Shown piece after piece: positions 23,613-32,763 of a stretch of DNA of 63,248 bases. The position numbers and the translations under genes are program-made. Position 1 is the first letter of the stretch. Each line of letters begins with the position of its first letter. The DNA comes from an uncultured virus (IMG/VR IMGVR_UViG_3300034684_000231) (taxonomy: Duplodnaviria > Heunggongvirae > Uroviricota > Caudoviricetes). The notes beneath the pieces were generated by a model that saw only the letters and a list, made by a program, of their open reading frames with translations, was not told the DNA's origin and did not search any database. The DNA is taken from the IMG/VR virus record IMGVR_UViG_3300034684_000231, one strand, 5' to 3'.

Positions 23613-23641
23613 GTTTCAGCACAATTTAGGAGGTGTATATA

Positions 23642-24478
23642 GTGTCTGCTAAAGTTATTAGTATTTATAATCTTAAAGGCGGAACAGGTAAAACAACATT
23701 AACTTTGGCACTTGGTTATTTTTCACCTGCAGTAAGACAAAATCTTAGAATTCTACTAATAGACTTAGACCAACAAGCAAATCTTACGGCATCGGCGTTG
23801 CCAAGCAATGTATTTCAAGAAATGTTTGAAAGCAAAAGGACAGTTGCACGCTTATTTGACGAAAAAGTAACTTTCGACCCACATGAGTTAGTATATCACA
23901 CGTTTCTAGAAACCACAGATATTGTTCCATCTGCGCTTGAATTGGCAAGCAGAGAATTTGAAGCATTTAGACTAATCGACGGCAAGCTACGAATTAAATT
24001 ATTTGTCGATCAATTAAAAGATGAATATGACCTAATAGTTATAGATACCCCACCAGCTTGGAACGTGTTCAGTTGGAATGCTCTCTATGCGTCCGATTAT
24101 TTAATTATGCCAACAGCTCCTAATTTCTGGAGCATTGAAGGAACTAGAGTTGTAATGGAATTGCTTGAACCTTTGCTAACATCTCCTAATTATAATCTTC
24201 AATTACTTGGTTTTGTAGTAAATTTTGTTGATAAGCGTTACAAAGCCCATAAATCATATATAGAATACCTACAACACACATATGGTTCAAGCATATTGGG
24301 TGTATTAGGCAAAAGAACTTTATATGAAAATCTATCGCTTATCAAAGATCACTTAGAAATATTTAAACTATTAAACGATGCAGCTGCCAAAGATTTGTTT
24401 AAAGTACTAGAAAACATCTTTACATTGATTTTTGATGAAGATAAATCAAAACAACAAAAAGGAGTGTTAAACAGATGA
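23642..24478 (+). CDS. parA: ParA/Soj-family partition ATPase
   Basis: Deviant Walker A NLKGGTGKTT, LLIDLDQQANLT, YDLIVIDTPP, NALYASDY. Confidence 0.95.
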   Translation: MSAKVISIYNLKGGTGKTTLTLALGYFSPAVRQNLRILLIDLDQQANLTASALPSNVFQEMFESKRTVARLFDEKVTFDPHELVYHTFLETTDIVPSALELASREFEAFRLIDGKLRIKLFVDQLKDEYDLIVIDTPPAWNVFSWNALYASDYLIMPTAPNFWSIEGTRVVMELLEPLLTSPNYNLQLLGFVVNFVDKRYKAHKSYIEYLQHTYGSSILGVLGKRTLYENLSLIKDHLEIFKLLNDAAAKDLFKVLENIFTLIFDEDKSKQQKGVLNR

Positions 24479-24807
24479 TTAATATCAGAGAAGAAATACA
24501 AGATAAGTACTATATTCCAGCTACTAAGGAACAAGTAGATACAATTTTCTACAAAGTAAGTAGCAAGAACGGCGGCAATAATATATACATAGCTACCGTT
24601 ATAGCTAACTTAATGTATCGACGCGGGTTAGTTATTATTTCTTCTTCAAGACAATTAACCAAAGAATTGGATGTTTCATCAACTACGTTGCACTACACAA
24701 TTTTACCAACCATCAAAGAACTAGGCGGTATCGTAGAAACAAAAGAAGGAAACTACGGAATAACTATCATCGATTTGCGTCCGATCTTTGAAACAAAAGA
24801 AAAATAA
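24475..24807 (+). CDS. Small winged-HTH protein translationally coupled to parA
   Basis: RGLVIISSSRQLTKELDVSSTTLHYTILPTI; ATGA overlap with parA. Confidence 0.75.
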   Translation: MINIREEIQDKYYIPATKEQVDTIFYKVSSKNGGNNIYIATVIANLMYRRGLVIISSSRQLTKELDVSSTTLHYTILPTIKELGGIVETKEGNYGITIIDLRPIFETKEK

Positions 24808-25096
24808 ATTGTATCTAATTGTATCTATTTTTGGTAAATATTCAGTAAACATTGGTTAAAAAAATATTACGACAGATACAATTGGATACAATTAGATACA
24901 ATTAGATACAATTTCAACAGATACAATTAGATACAATTTAACAGATACAATTGGATACAATTAGATACAATTAGATACAATTTAATGTTTGTGGATACAA
25001 TTTTAAAACATCTCTTAAGCAAGTATATATGGGGGTTTAAACACAAAAATACAAAAATAGAAACAAAATTAGAAATAGATACAATTAGATACAATT
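24808..25096. repeat. (A/G)GATACAATT 10-bp iteron array, about 13 direct plus 2 inverted copies; candidate origin
   Basis: Tandem decamers directly upstream of the HTH Rep-like gene. Confidence 0.85.
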
Positions 25097-25112
25097 AAAA
25101 GGAGAGGAGATT

Positions 25113-26093
25113 GTGAACAAGAAATTTAATATGGGGGGATTGGACAAACTTCTTAAACAAATTGTAACAAACAAAGGTATAAAAGCTACTGCAGGTACTA
25201 GAAAAATAATATTAAAGCTGATTACAGAATATAATTTACCAATCAAAACAAAGACTACTGTGCTTGCAAACGAATTGGGGGTATCACGTATAACAATCCA
25301 GCGTACAATAAAGGTTCTTGAAGATTTAGGATGTAACGTTTTAACATCACCAGGACGAAACGGATTTATAAAAATTGTAGATTTAAATAATATAACTTCC
25401 GAATTAGACAATTTCACAAAGTCTGAAACGCCTGGTAGTAGTAGTAATAATAATATATATATAAATATAAAAAACTACTACTACCGCCTGCGGGGAATTG
25501 GATACGAAATTGACGGCAGAAAAGTGAAAGTTTTGAACAAGACACTGATGAAGAGCTTTATCACCGTGTTGTCATTGTCTAAATTCGTTGAAAATTATAA
25601 TGTCACTAGCAAGACGTTTATACATGTATTACATGAATTTATGAAGCACGACGCTTTGATACAGTTGGTTGCATTTATACACTTTCATGATCAAACGCAT
25701 CGTGGAATAAGAAGTCCAATTGATTGGCTCATGTCCAGAATTAAGAGCGAAGATTTTAATTATGAACTTATTCACGAGAACGAATTGCTCAATAAAGTGG
25801 TTGATAAAGCACAGGCGGCTTATGTAATTTCAGAAGGTGATTATCACGATGCTATTTCACAGCTGAAATTAATAGAAGTGCCTCGTTTGGTATATGAATT
25901 GACAGATTCATACGTTTCTGGATTTAACGAAGAAAAATACATCAAATCAATCAAAATGTTGTATAATATAGCTAGGAGAGCTGATGAATTGTACAAAGTA
26001 TTCTTTGAGGGGTATGATCCGCAACTAACAGAACATATGTTAAAAGCTCTCTTAAAGCGAGGTGATTCAAATGAAAACAATGAAAGAATATGA
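25113..26093 (+). CDS. HTH protein, putative replication initiator
   Basis: TTVLANELGVSRITIQRTIKVLEDLG HTH; low-complexity linker; IRSPIDWL motif; preceded by iterons. Confidence 0.65.
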   Translation: MNKKFNMGGLDKLLKQIVTNKGIKATAGTRKIILKLITEYNLPIKTKTTVLANELGVSRITIQRTIKVLEDLGCNVLTSPGRNGFIKIVDLNNITSELDNFTKSETPGSSSNNNIYINIKNYYYRLRGIGYEIDGRKVKVLNKTLMKSFITVLSLSKFVENYNVTSKTFIHVLHEFMKHDALIQLVAFIHFHDQTHRGIRSPIDWLMSRIKSEDFNYELIHENELLNKVVDKAQAAYVISEGDYHDAISQLKLIEVPRLVYELTDSYVSGFNEEKYIKSIKMLYNIARRADELYKVFFEGYDPQLTEHMLKALLKRGDSNENNERI

Positions 26094-26421
26094 AAAGCTG
26101 GCTCGCAAAATACATGATAAGCTTGGAGTTGTATACATGACCTCTCATGATGATTTTGGTATTCCTGGCACGAATGTTCGTGATGTCAGGATCAAGGTAT
26201 ATGATTGGTACGTACCTTATGAAAAGCTTGGACGTATATTTGGAAGCATATCAGATGTTAAAACAATCATGACGATTGTTGTTGGAAAAGAAGCGATAAT
26301 GACAATACAAGCTTCACCTTATGTAGCGCAAGACGTAATAGACAAAATAAACGAAATCCTTGATGAAGAAGATTTCGATGTACGTGCTGTAGAATACGCA
26401 GATTTAGATCATGAAAGGTAG
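26071..26421 (+). CDS. Hypothetical protein, paralog of the next gene; ends in TAG in frame with it
   Basis: VYDWYVPYEKLGRIFG..TIMTIV versus VLDWLPKYKRIAQIIG..KLMTIV. Confidence 0.7.
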   Translation: MKTMKEYEKLARKIHDKLGVVYMTSHDDFGIPGTNVRDVRIKVYDWYVPYEKLGRIFGSISDVKTIMTIVVGKEAIMTIQASPYVAQDVIDKINEILDEEDFDVRAVEYADLDHER

Positions 26422-26442
26422 AAAAGGAGGACAGCAACAAAA

Positions 26443-26811
26443 ATGGACAATCTAAAAGAACTATACAGTCAGTTCAAGGAATTTGTTGACCTAATTAAAC
26501 AGGAATTAGCATCTGAATATGTAGTAGACCTGCGCGAACGTATTGACAAAGACAATAGACGAGTATTAATGGTACTTGAAGTATTAGATTGGCTTCCAAA
26601 ATACAAACGAATTGCACAAATCATTGGACCAGCACAAACAGGAACAGTCACAAAACTTATGACCATCGTTTTCAACAAGGAAAAAACAGCTGCCTTATTT
26701 GTGTATGGCGGAAAAAATGTCGGACGCGATATCCAAGATCGTGTTCTTGAACTATTAAAAGCAATTGGATTCGATACAGACTTAGTCAAATTAACACAAC
26801 TTAGAATGTAA
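26443..26811 (+). CDS. Hypothetical protein
   Basis: SD AGGAGG; paralog of the preceding gene. Confidence 0.7.
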   Translation: MDNLKELYSQFKEFVDLIKQELASEYVVDLRERIDKDNRRVLMVLEVLDWLPKYKRIAQIIGPAQTGTVTKLMTIVFNKEKTAALFVYGGKNVGRDIQDRVLELLKAIGFDTDLVKLTQLRM

Positions 26812-26838
26812 AAAAACAACCCTGCATAACGCAGGGCA

Positions 26839-27390
26839 TTATCGAACAAGTAAAGTAAATATTTTATCAATTATCAAATATACCAATCCACCGCCACCAA
26901 TTATTGATATCCAAAAACGTGTTTTGTCTAATGTCTGTTTCTCTTGTTTGATCTTATAAGTCTCCATCATTGCATTGTATCCATCTTTCATGTTTTGAAT
27001 TAGCTATTCGACTTGCTTTTTGTTCATTTCCAAGGCCTATTTCAATGTCTCATCAACCATTTGTTGATAATCCCTTTTTAACATGTTGATAAAGTCATGT
27101 CTCCATCCATTATCCAAGTGTGACTGCAAATCTTCAATTCTATTAAACAGCTTCTTTATATCTTGGGATAATTCGTGCATTCTATTTGTTAGAGCTTGTA
27201 TTTTCATTTCCTGTTTGTAATTCTTATCATCTACTTCGCTTATTAACTATTGCAAAGCATTGATTGCATCTTCTGTTACTTGATAGTACTTACTAAATTG
27301 TTCTTGTAGCTTTTCTACCGTAACACGAAGCGTTTCTATATGTTTCTATTGTTCTTCTGCATCTGTAAGTTTAACTTCGTGTGTATCCAT
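26839..27390 (-). CDS. Coiled-coil protein with C-terminal TM helix (XhlA/holin-like architecture), 183 aa, 4 TAGs
   Basis: SD AGGAGG, ATG at 27390; ends FWISIIGGGGLVYLIIDKIFTLLVR then TAA. Missing from the ORF track. Confidence 0.7.
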
Positions 27391-27403
27391 TGCCAATCCT
27401 CCT

Positions 27404-28075
27404 TTATATCAATTTAGCTTTTGGATGTTCTTTCAAATCTTGTGGAGAAATAAATTCAAATGGTTGATCAAACTCAATTCCACCTTCGTGAAGCATTCTC
27501 TAAACAAGTTCGGAACACATCATGTTTTTTGGATTATTATATGCAAGTAAATCTTGCACTTTTTCTTCGAGATCTTCATAACCTACAAATTTACCAAATG
27601 CACCAACAATTTCAGCTATTGAGTTTAAGCCTAAAGAAGCGTAGTCATATGGTAGATTCCAATACTTATCTACAGCTTTAAGCATTCGTTCTGCATCTAC
27701 GCCTTCAAATCTTAGCACATCAACCATCTAATAGTGTGAAGGAGGATACTTTAGCAATTTTACTCCTGACAGCCATGCTGCTAATACCCATCCTTTACCC
27801 AAATACAATTCTGCGTGTATATATTCCTGCTGGGCCAAGCGCACTACCTGTTTTGCAACTGCAGAGGAAACAAATTCTGCCGTGGGAGGAACAAGAGAAA
27901 GAATTGCATTCTATATAGTTTCTCCGAGGATCTTTTTCATGTAATTAATCATTCCTTCTAAAAACAGCTCTGCTTTAAACTCTATCTAGTTCTTGAGGGC
28001 TTTGTAAGGTTCGGAATAATAATAGGTTGGCAAAAGTAAAACATCACCAGGTTGAAGTTTGTCAATTTTTACCAT
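27404..28075 (-). CDS. Permuted papain-like NlpC/P60 (YiiX/YaeF-type) hydrolase, 223 aa, TAG-recoded
   Basis: LQPGDVLL, YIHAELYLG, LPYDY, MMCSELV*RM, ISPQDL, with His before Cys. Confidence 0.85.
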
Positions 28076-28081
28076 ACCTTA

Positions 28082-28399
28082 TCACCTCTTTTGTCCGTAG
28101 ATTACTAACACTTCGTATGTTCTTTCAAGTCTTACCTTCACTACTTTAACCCATTTTATTATTTTGTAATCAGGGAACTCTTGGCTGAACTCATCTAACA
28201 ACGCCTGTGGGTCTACAATCTCATCTTTGTCTGCATAGTAGACTAGAAAGATATCCACGCCCTCATCAGACTGATACTGCTCATATACCTACTACGGCTG
28301 AGCTTCAAATGTAGAACCGCCTACAACGTTAAATGTTACATACCCAATAACCGAGGCAAGAATTACGACAAACACCACTCTCCAATTAAAATATTCCAT
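28082..28399 (-). CDS. Signal/TM-anchored hypothetical protein, 105 aa, tandem TAG TAG
   Basis: SD AGGAGG, ATG at 28399; hydrophobic N terminus; AQP**VYE; ends TGA TAA. Confidence 0.7.
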
Positions 28400-28569
28400 G
28401 TCTAACACCTCCTTTGCGTCAAATTTAAATTAACATATTACCTATAACAAAACTTCCTATATACTATTTTTTTCTTTAATCTAAAAAGGAGCCAACCCCG
28501 TCCAGTTATGCCCCACCACCTCTATTACAATCTCCTTAGAAACTCACAAAAAAGAAAGGAGATGACTAC

Positions 28570-29334
28570 ATGTCTACAAGCGTATCTAACTCAAGCCTCT
28601 ATAAGTATGGAGTATTCCTACAAAAATACGGAATAGTGTCAGATAACTGGAAAGAAAACAAATCCGAATACGAACTCGTCCAAAACGTCGCCCAAATCGC
28701 CTCCACTATCAAACGCAGAATCCCTATCCCTGAAAAAGCTAAAGAAGTCATAAAACTCTATAAACCTGAACTCGCACATAAAATCGACCTTAACAGAAAA
28801 ATCATCGAATCCGCCACAGACCTCTATATCTATTACCCAGCTAATTGGGTCTCCCAAACTATAACCACCCTTAAACAAAATAACTCATTACCACTAGACT
28901 GGCAAAAAGATCCAGAAAGCTTGTCCTATATCCAAACTATACTCGATGATGTCCAAACCAATATACATAAATACTCTTCCCTCAGCCACGCCATCCGCGC
29001 AGCTATCAAACGTAATCTACAAACCACTAACCCACAACCACAAATGACTTTGAATACTAATAAACCACAACCAGAACAGTTAACACTCGTAGATGTCGAA
29101 CCAAACTTGTTCCAAAATATATCTAACCACCACAATGACTTCGAATTCGAAATAGTAGATACATTAACTAACCAAATAGTCACCACCCCTAACCAAATAG
29201 AAACTTCTACCAATACCTCAAAATATAACCAGCCTTCTATAGAAGACCTCTATTCAGTCGCTCTCGAAATTAGAAACCTCCTCAAAACATTAGTCCAAAC
29301 CCTCGAAAATAATAACTTAAACAGAAATAAATGA
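28570..29334 (+). CDS. Hypothetical protein, 254 aa, strongly C-rich/G-poor coding strand
   Basis: SD AGGAG; long ORF with distinctive base skew. Confidence 0.75.
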   Translation: MSTSVSNSSLYKYGVFLQKYGIVSDNWKENKSEYELVQNVAQIASTIKRRIPIPEKAKEVIKLYKPELAHKIDLNRKIIESATDLYIYYPANWVSQTITTLKQNNSLPLDWQKDPESLSYIQTILDDVQTNIHKYSSLSHAIRAAIKRNLQTTNPQPQMTLNTNKPQPEQLTLVDVEPNLFQNISNHHNDFEFEIVDTLTNQIVTTPNQIETSTNTSKYNQPSIEDLYSVALEIRNLLKTLVQTLENNNLNRNK

Positions 29335-29568
29335 ACCAAATATGAACAAAATAAACCAAATATAGAGAAAATAACCAGAAATGGAGTGAAAATAAACCAA
29401 AGATGGAGTTGAAAAAACTAAGAAAGAAATCAAAATAAACCAGAGATGGAAGGGGGGGACTATCCCCCCTCTCCTCGAGGGTCACCGAGGGGTGAGATCG
29501 GTGCCCCACCCCCTCCTTCGCACGTTTAGACGTCCGTGTCATTTACCAAAATTAAAGGAGGTGTTAGC

Positions 29569-29745
29569 ATGGATAGAGAATTGCTTATGAAATATTTAAA
29601 ACTTTTGTTAAAGTCATTAGGGCTCTATCTAGTGATAGAGCCAGACATGACAGAAGATGAACTCAAGACAGTAATAAAATTTCTAGAGATCACGAAGAAA
29701 AGAAGCACTTATGATTATAACAAAAACATTATAAGGGGGGAGTAA
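29569..29745 (+). CDS. Small hypothetical protein
   Basis: SD AAGGAGG after the leader motif; terminator follows. Confidence 0.65.
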   Translation: MDRELLMKYLKLLLKSLGLYLVIEPDMTEDELKTVIKFLEITKKRSTYDYNKNIIRGE

Positions 29746-29841
29746 TCCCCCCTTTTCTTTTTTCTTCTCGTGTGCTATCCCGTTTAAATAAGGTTTAGAC
29801 GATTTGTGTCGTTTAGCAAACACCAAAAGAAAAGGGGGGAA

Positions 29842-30033
29842 ATGAGAAGAAAAAGAAAAAGAAGAATTACCACTATCATTATAATTATGATAGTGGTTAT
29901 AGCCAGCTTTACCAGCTTTACAGCTGGTTACAAAGCCGGCTATAAAGCCGGGTTAACAAAAGGATTTATATATGCCATAGAAATAGAGATGCAATTCGAC
30001 GAGGCAATCAATTTCTGGGACTGGGGGAAGTAA
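29842..30033 (+). CDS. Small membrane/secreted protein
   Basis: Basic N terminus MRRKRKRR, TM helix, AGYKAGYKAG repeat. Confidence 0.65.
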   Translation: MRRKRKRRITTIIIIMIVVIASFTSFTAGYKAGYKAGLTKGFIYAIEIEMQFDEAINFWDWGK

Positions 30034-30176
30034 TCCCCCGGTCTCTCTTTTTTTATCACATGTATTTATTATTTTTTTCTTTTGCTTAGACTATCCCGGC
30101 CCAGAGGTCGTTTCGACGATTTGTGTCGTTTAGCAGGATTGAACCTGCTAAAAAAAATAAAAAGGAGGAGATATTT

Positions 30177-30443
30177 ATGGTCTATCTAGCAACTTCGTTT
30201 GATTTAAGCTTTATCGAATTACCGGCAAGCATTTTTGTTAAAGAAGTAAAGGAAGAAAAAATAAAAGAATTTTTGACCAAAGTTCCTTTTATTACTGTAG
30301 TTGGCCATCAGGCCACTGCAGTAATAAAGAAACTCAAAATTGAGACAAAAATTGCGCTTGATCAGAACATTAAGTGTTATGAAGGCGACCTTTTAGTGGT
30401 CGCGCTGCCGGATAAGTACTTAATGATAGAGATAATAAAGTAG
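30177..30443 (+). CDS. DUF1874 (STIV B116 / AcrIII-1 ring nuclease)-like protein
   Basis: MVYLATSFDLS..EEKIKEFL..FITVVGHQATA..GDLLVV resembles the DUF1874 SAIGHQATA signature; the C terminus is short. Confidence 0.7.
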   Translation: MVYLATSFDLSFIELPASIFVKEVKEEKIKEFLTKVPFITVVGHQATAVIKKLKIETKIALDQNIKCYEGDLLVVALPDKYLMIEIIK

Positions 30444-30680
30444 AGGAAGGCCCCAACACGGGGCTTTCCTTTTTTAAAAAACCCGGCGCATAGGAAAGCA
30501 AATGCTCAGACGGGTGAAAAATTATAAAGAGGCGAATTATAATGTTTTTGAAGAAAGAATTTGAACGGTGTATTTTTTCTACCAAAGATAACTATCCCAG
30601 CCTGGAAGTTGTTTCGACGATTTGTGTCGTTTAGCAGGTTCAAGCCTGCTAAAAAACTAAAACTAAAAGGAGGAGATAGT

Positions 30681-31004
30681 ATGACAATTGTAAACCTTAC
30701 GCCACATGAAGTAAAAATTATAAAACCAGATGGCACGGAAATTTCTTTCCCACCATCTGGTCAAGTAGCAAGAATCGAAGCAAAAGTAAAACAAGTCGGA
30801 GAAATAAACGGAATACCTTGTTACAAAATAGAATATGGCGAGCCAGTAGGCTTGCCAGAGGAACAACCAGGGACGATATATATAGTATCGTCGTTGGTGT
30901 TAGGTGCAACAAACAGAAAAGACGTCGTAGCACCTAACACTAATAACGCTGTTAGGGATTCAAGCGGGAAAATCATCGGCGTCCCAGGATTTATAGTCAA
31001 ATAA
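30681..31004 (+). CDS. Conserved phage protein (NLTPH motif)
   Basis: MTIVNLTPHEV, PPSGQVAR, GLPEE, YIVSSLV, RKDVVAP, VRDSSGKIIGV. Confidence 0.75.
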   Translation: MTIVNLTPHEVKIIKPDGTEISFPPSGQVARIEAKVKQVGEINGIPCYKIEYGEPVGLPEEQPGTIYIVSSLVLGATNRKDVVAPNTNNAVRDSSGKIIGVPGFIVK

Positions 31005-31215
31005 GAGCGGGCAAATGCCCGCTCTTTAAATTTAGTTATTGTGGCATATGCCCCGTTTTCTTTTTTTATTATCATAACACAATAGTACGCGATACTATTG
31101 AATCAGACGGTGTATTTTTTTATTCTACCGAAGATAACTATCCCAGCCTGGAAGTTGTTTCGACGGCTTGTGTCATATAGCAAAAACCCAAAATCAACTA
31201 AAAGGAGGAGATAGG

Positions 31216-31713
31216 ATGATAAAGATGTTTAAGGTAAAAAGTGAATTAGACGAAAGACCAACGATCATAAGCATTTACAAGAACGAACACACAAACGAGA
31301 TAATCCAAACATACGACATAAGAGCTCCACACCCAGAGGAACTACAAAAAACGCTGGAAATATCTGGACTCTGGGAGATTGGAGTGGAGCTAAACAAAAG
31401 AAGAAAAAATCCTTACAAGGTGTCTGTTGAAATAGGAACATCAGGTTGCCAAGATTACTACATTCAATACGCTGTACCAGTGTTCCCAGCAAACATCGAC
31501 GCATATCGCATAAGACGCACACACGTGCTACATGTATCAATGTATGATAAAATAAACGAAAGCACAAGGTGCTGGCTCGGAGACTTAATAGCAGTATTAC
31601 AAGCACTAAACTTAGACACAACAAACATCACGGCAAAAGAACTAACAGCGTACAGACTAGATGAATTAATAGAGAAAGGATTTACACTCCCTAATATAAT
31701 CGAACAAGAATAA
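31216..31713 (+). CDS. Hypothetical protein
   Basis: SD AGGAGG after the leader motif; terminator follows. Confidence 0.7.
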   Translation: MIKMFKVKSELDERPTIISIYKNEHTNEIIQTYDIRAPHPEELQKTLEISGLWEIGVELNKRRKNPYKVSVEIGTSGCQDYYIQYAVPVFPANIDAYRIRRTHVLHVSMYDKINESTRCWLGDLIAVLQALNLDTTNITAKELTAYRLDELIEKGFTLPNIIEQE

Positions 31714-31777
31714 AATAGCTCCCCTCATTGGGGAGCTTTGTTTTTTTTACAAAAATCAACTAAGAGGAGGTGTGGTT

Positions 31778-31969
31778 ATGTTTAAAATCATAATTGTAAA
31801 GGAGGATAAAACAGGGCAAAAGGAGGTAAATATTAATGAAGCAACAAGAGAAACACTGAAACAAACGGCAAAAACAACTGCAAAAGCAACGGCGAAAACA
31901 TTAGAAATACTAGGAGAAGGTCTGCTAAAATTAAACAAAAAAGTACTAAAAAAAATAAAGGAGGAGTAA
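31778..31969 (+). CDS. Small basic protein
   Basis: SD GGAGG. Confidence 0.6.
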   Translation: MFKIIIVKEDKTGQKEVNINEATRETLKQTAKTTAKATAKTLEILGEGLLKLNKKVLKKIKEE

Positions 31970-31971
31970 AG

Positions 31972-32346
31972 ATGAAGACAAAACAGATTTTTATAAATGC
32001 AGGTACGATTAGAAAAATACCAGTAGCGTTTGGAAACCAAGATATAGCAGAAAATTTTACTTACACAATCCACCCCGATGACAAACAAAAGATTATCGAT
32101 CAGTTTGTCAAGAAGGGGTGGAGATTAAGAAAAGGGTTTTTAGATTTTGCAGATTTAGTAAGAGATGTAGCAAACGATCTGGGGCTCAACGGAGATGCAC
32201 TAAAAGATATGCTAATAGCTGACGATCCTGACCCAGATCTAGATAGAGTAATAGATATAATAAACCAAAAGTTCATCAAAGTCCAACTACACGATAAAGC
32301 AACCGGACTCCACATAGCAGACTTCTTCGTCCAAGTAAAAAAATAA
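31972..32346 (+). CDS. Hypothetical protein
   Basis: SD AGGAGG; terminator follows. Confidence 0.7.
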   Translation: MKTKQIFINAGTIRKIPVAFGNQDIAENFTYTIHPDDKQKIIDQFVKKGWRLRKGFLDFADLVRDVANDLGLNGDALKDMLIADDPDPDLDRVIDIINQKFIKVQLHDKATGLHIADFFVQVKK

Positions 32347-32763
32347 GAGGGGGCATTTCCCCTCTTTTTTATTTCTTCCCCCAGTTCTATGTATGAAAGT
32401 GGGTGGTTTAGACGTTTTAAGGCCACCGCAAGCCACCCGACACTTTCACAAAGCCGCCGCACGTTAACATACAATATTAATCTAAATATGCCAATTTTAT
32501 ACTAAAAAATTTCAAAATTGCTTTCCCTCCCTTAGATAGGCTCAATTTCGTGAAACCCGCATAAATAAACATTTGAGAAATATGTCACAATCTAAATTAA
32601 TTTATCAATTTAAGTTTCGGAATTGTTGCGATTATGTTGGGGCGGGTGTTTTTTCTTTTTGTGGAAGGATACCTATCCCTGCTGGAACGTTGTTTAGACG
32701 ATTTGTGTCGGTTAGCAGGATTGAACCTGCTAAAAAACTAAAACTAAAAGGAGGTTGTGCATT

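Larger units (their letters stand above)
29524..32745 (+). repeat. Dispersed leader motif CTATCCC-N11/12-GTTT(A/C)GACGnnnGTGTCnnnTA(G/C)C, 6 copies (first copy partial), each before a small gene
   Basis: GTTT core at 29524, 29793, 30110, 30611, 31157, 32692; CTATCCC at 29775, 30091, 30592, 31138, 32673. Confidence 0.88.

Noticed and set aside
29524..32745. CRISPR array or integron attC cassettes
   Set aside because: Repeats are separated by whole genes of 250-1500 bp; the attC RYYYAAC/GTTRRRY pairing is not evident and there is no integron integrase in the window.
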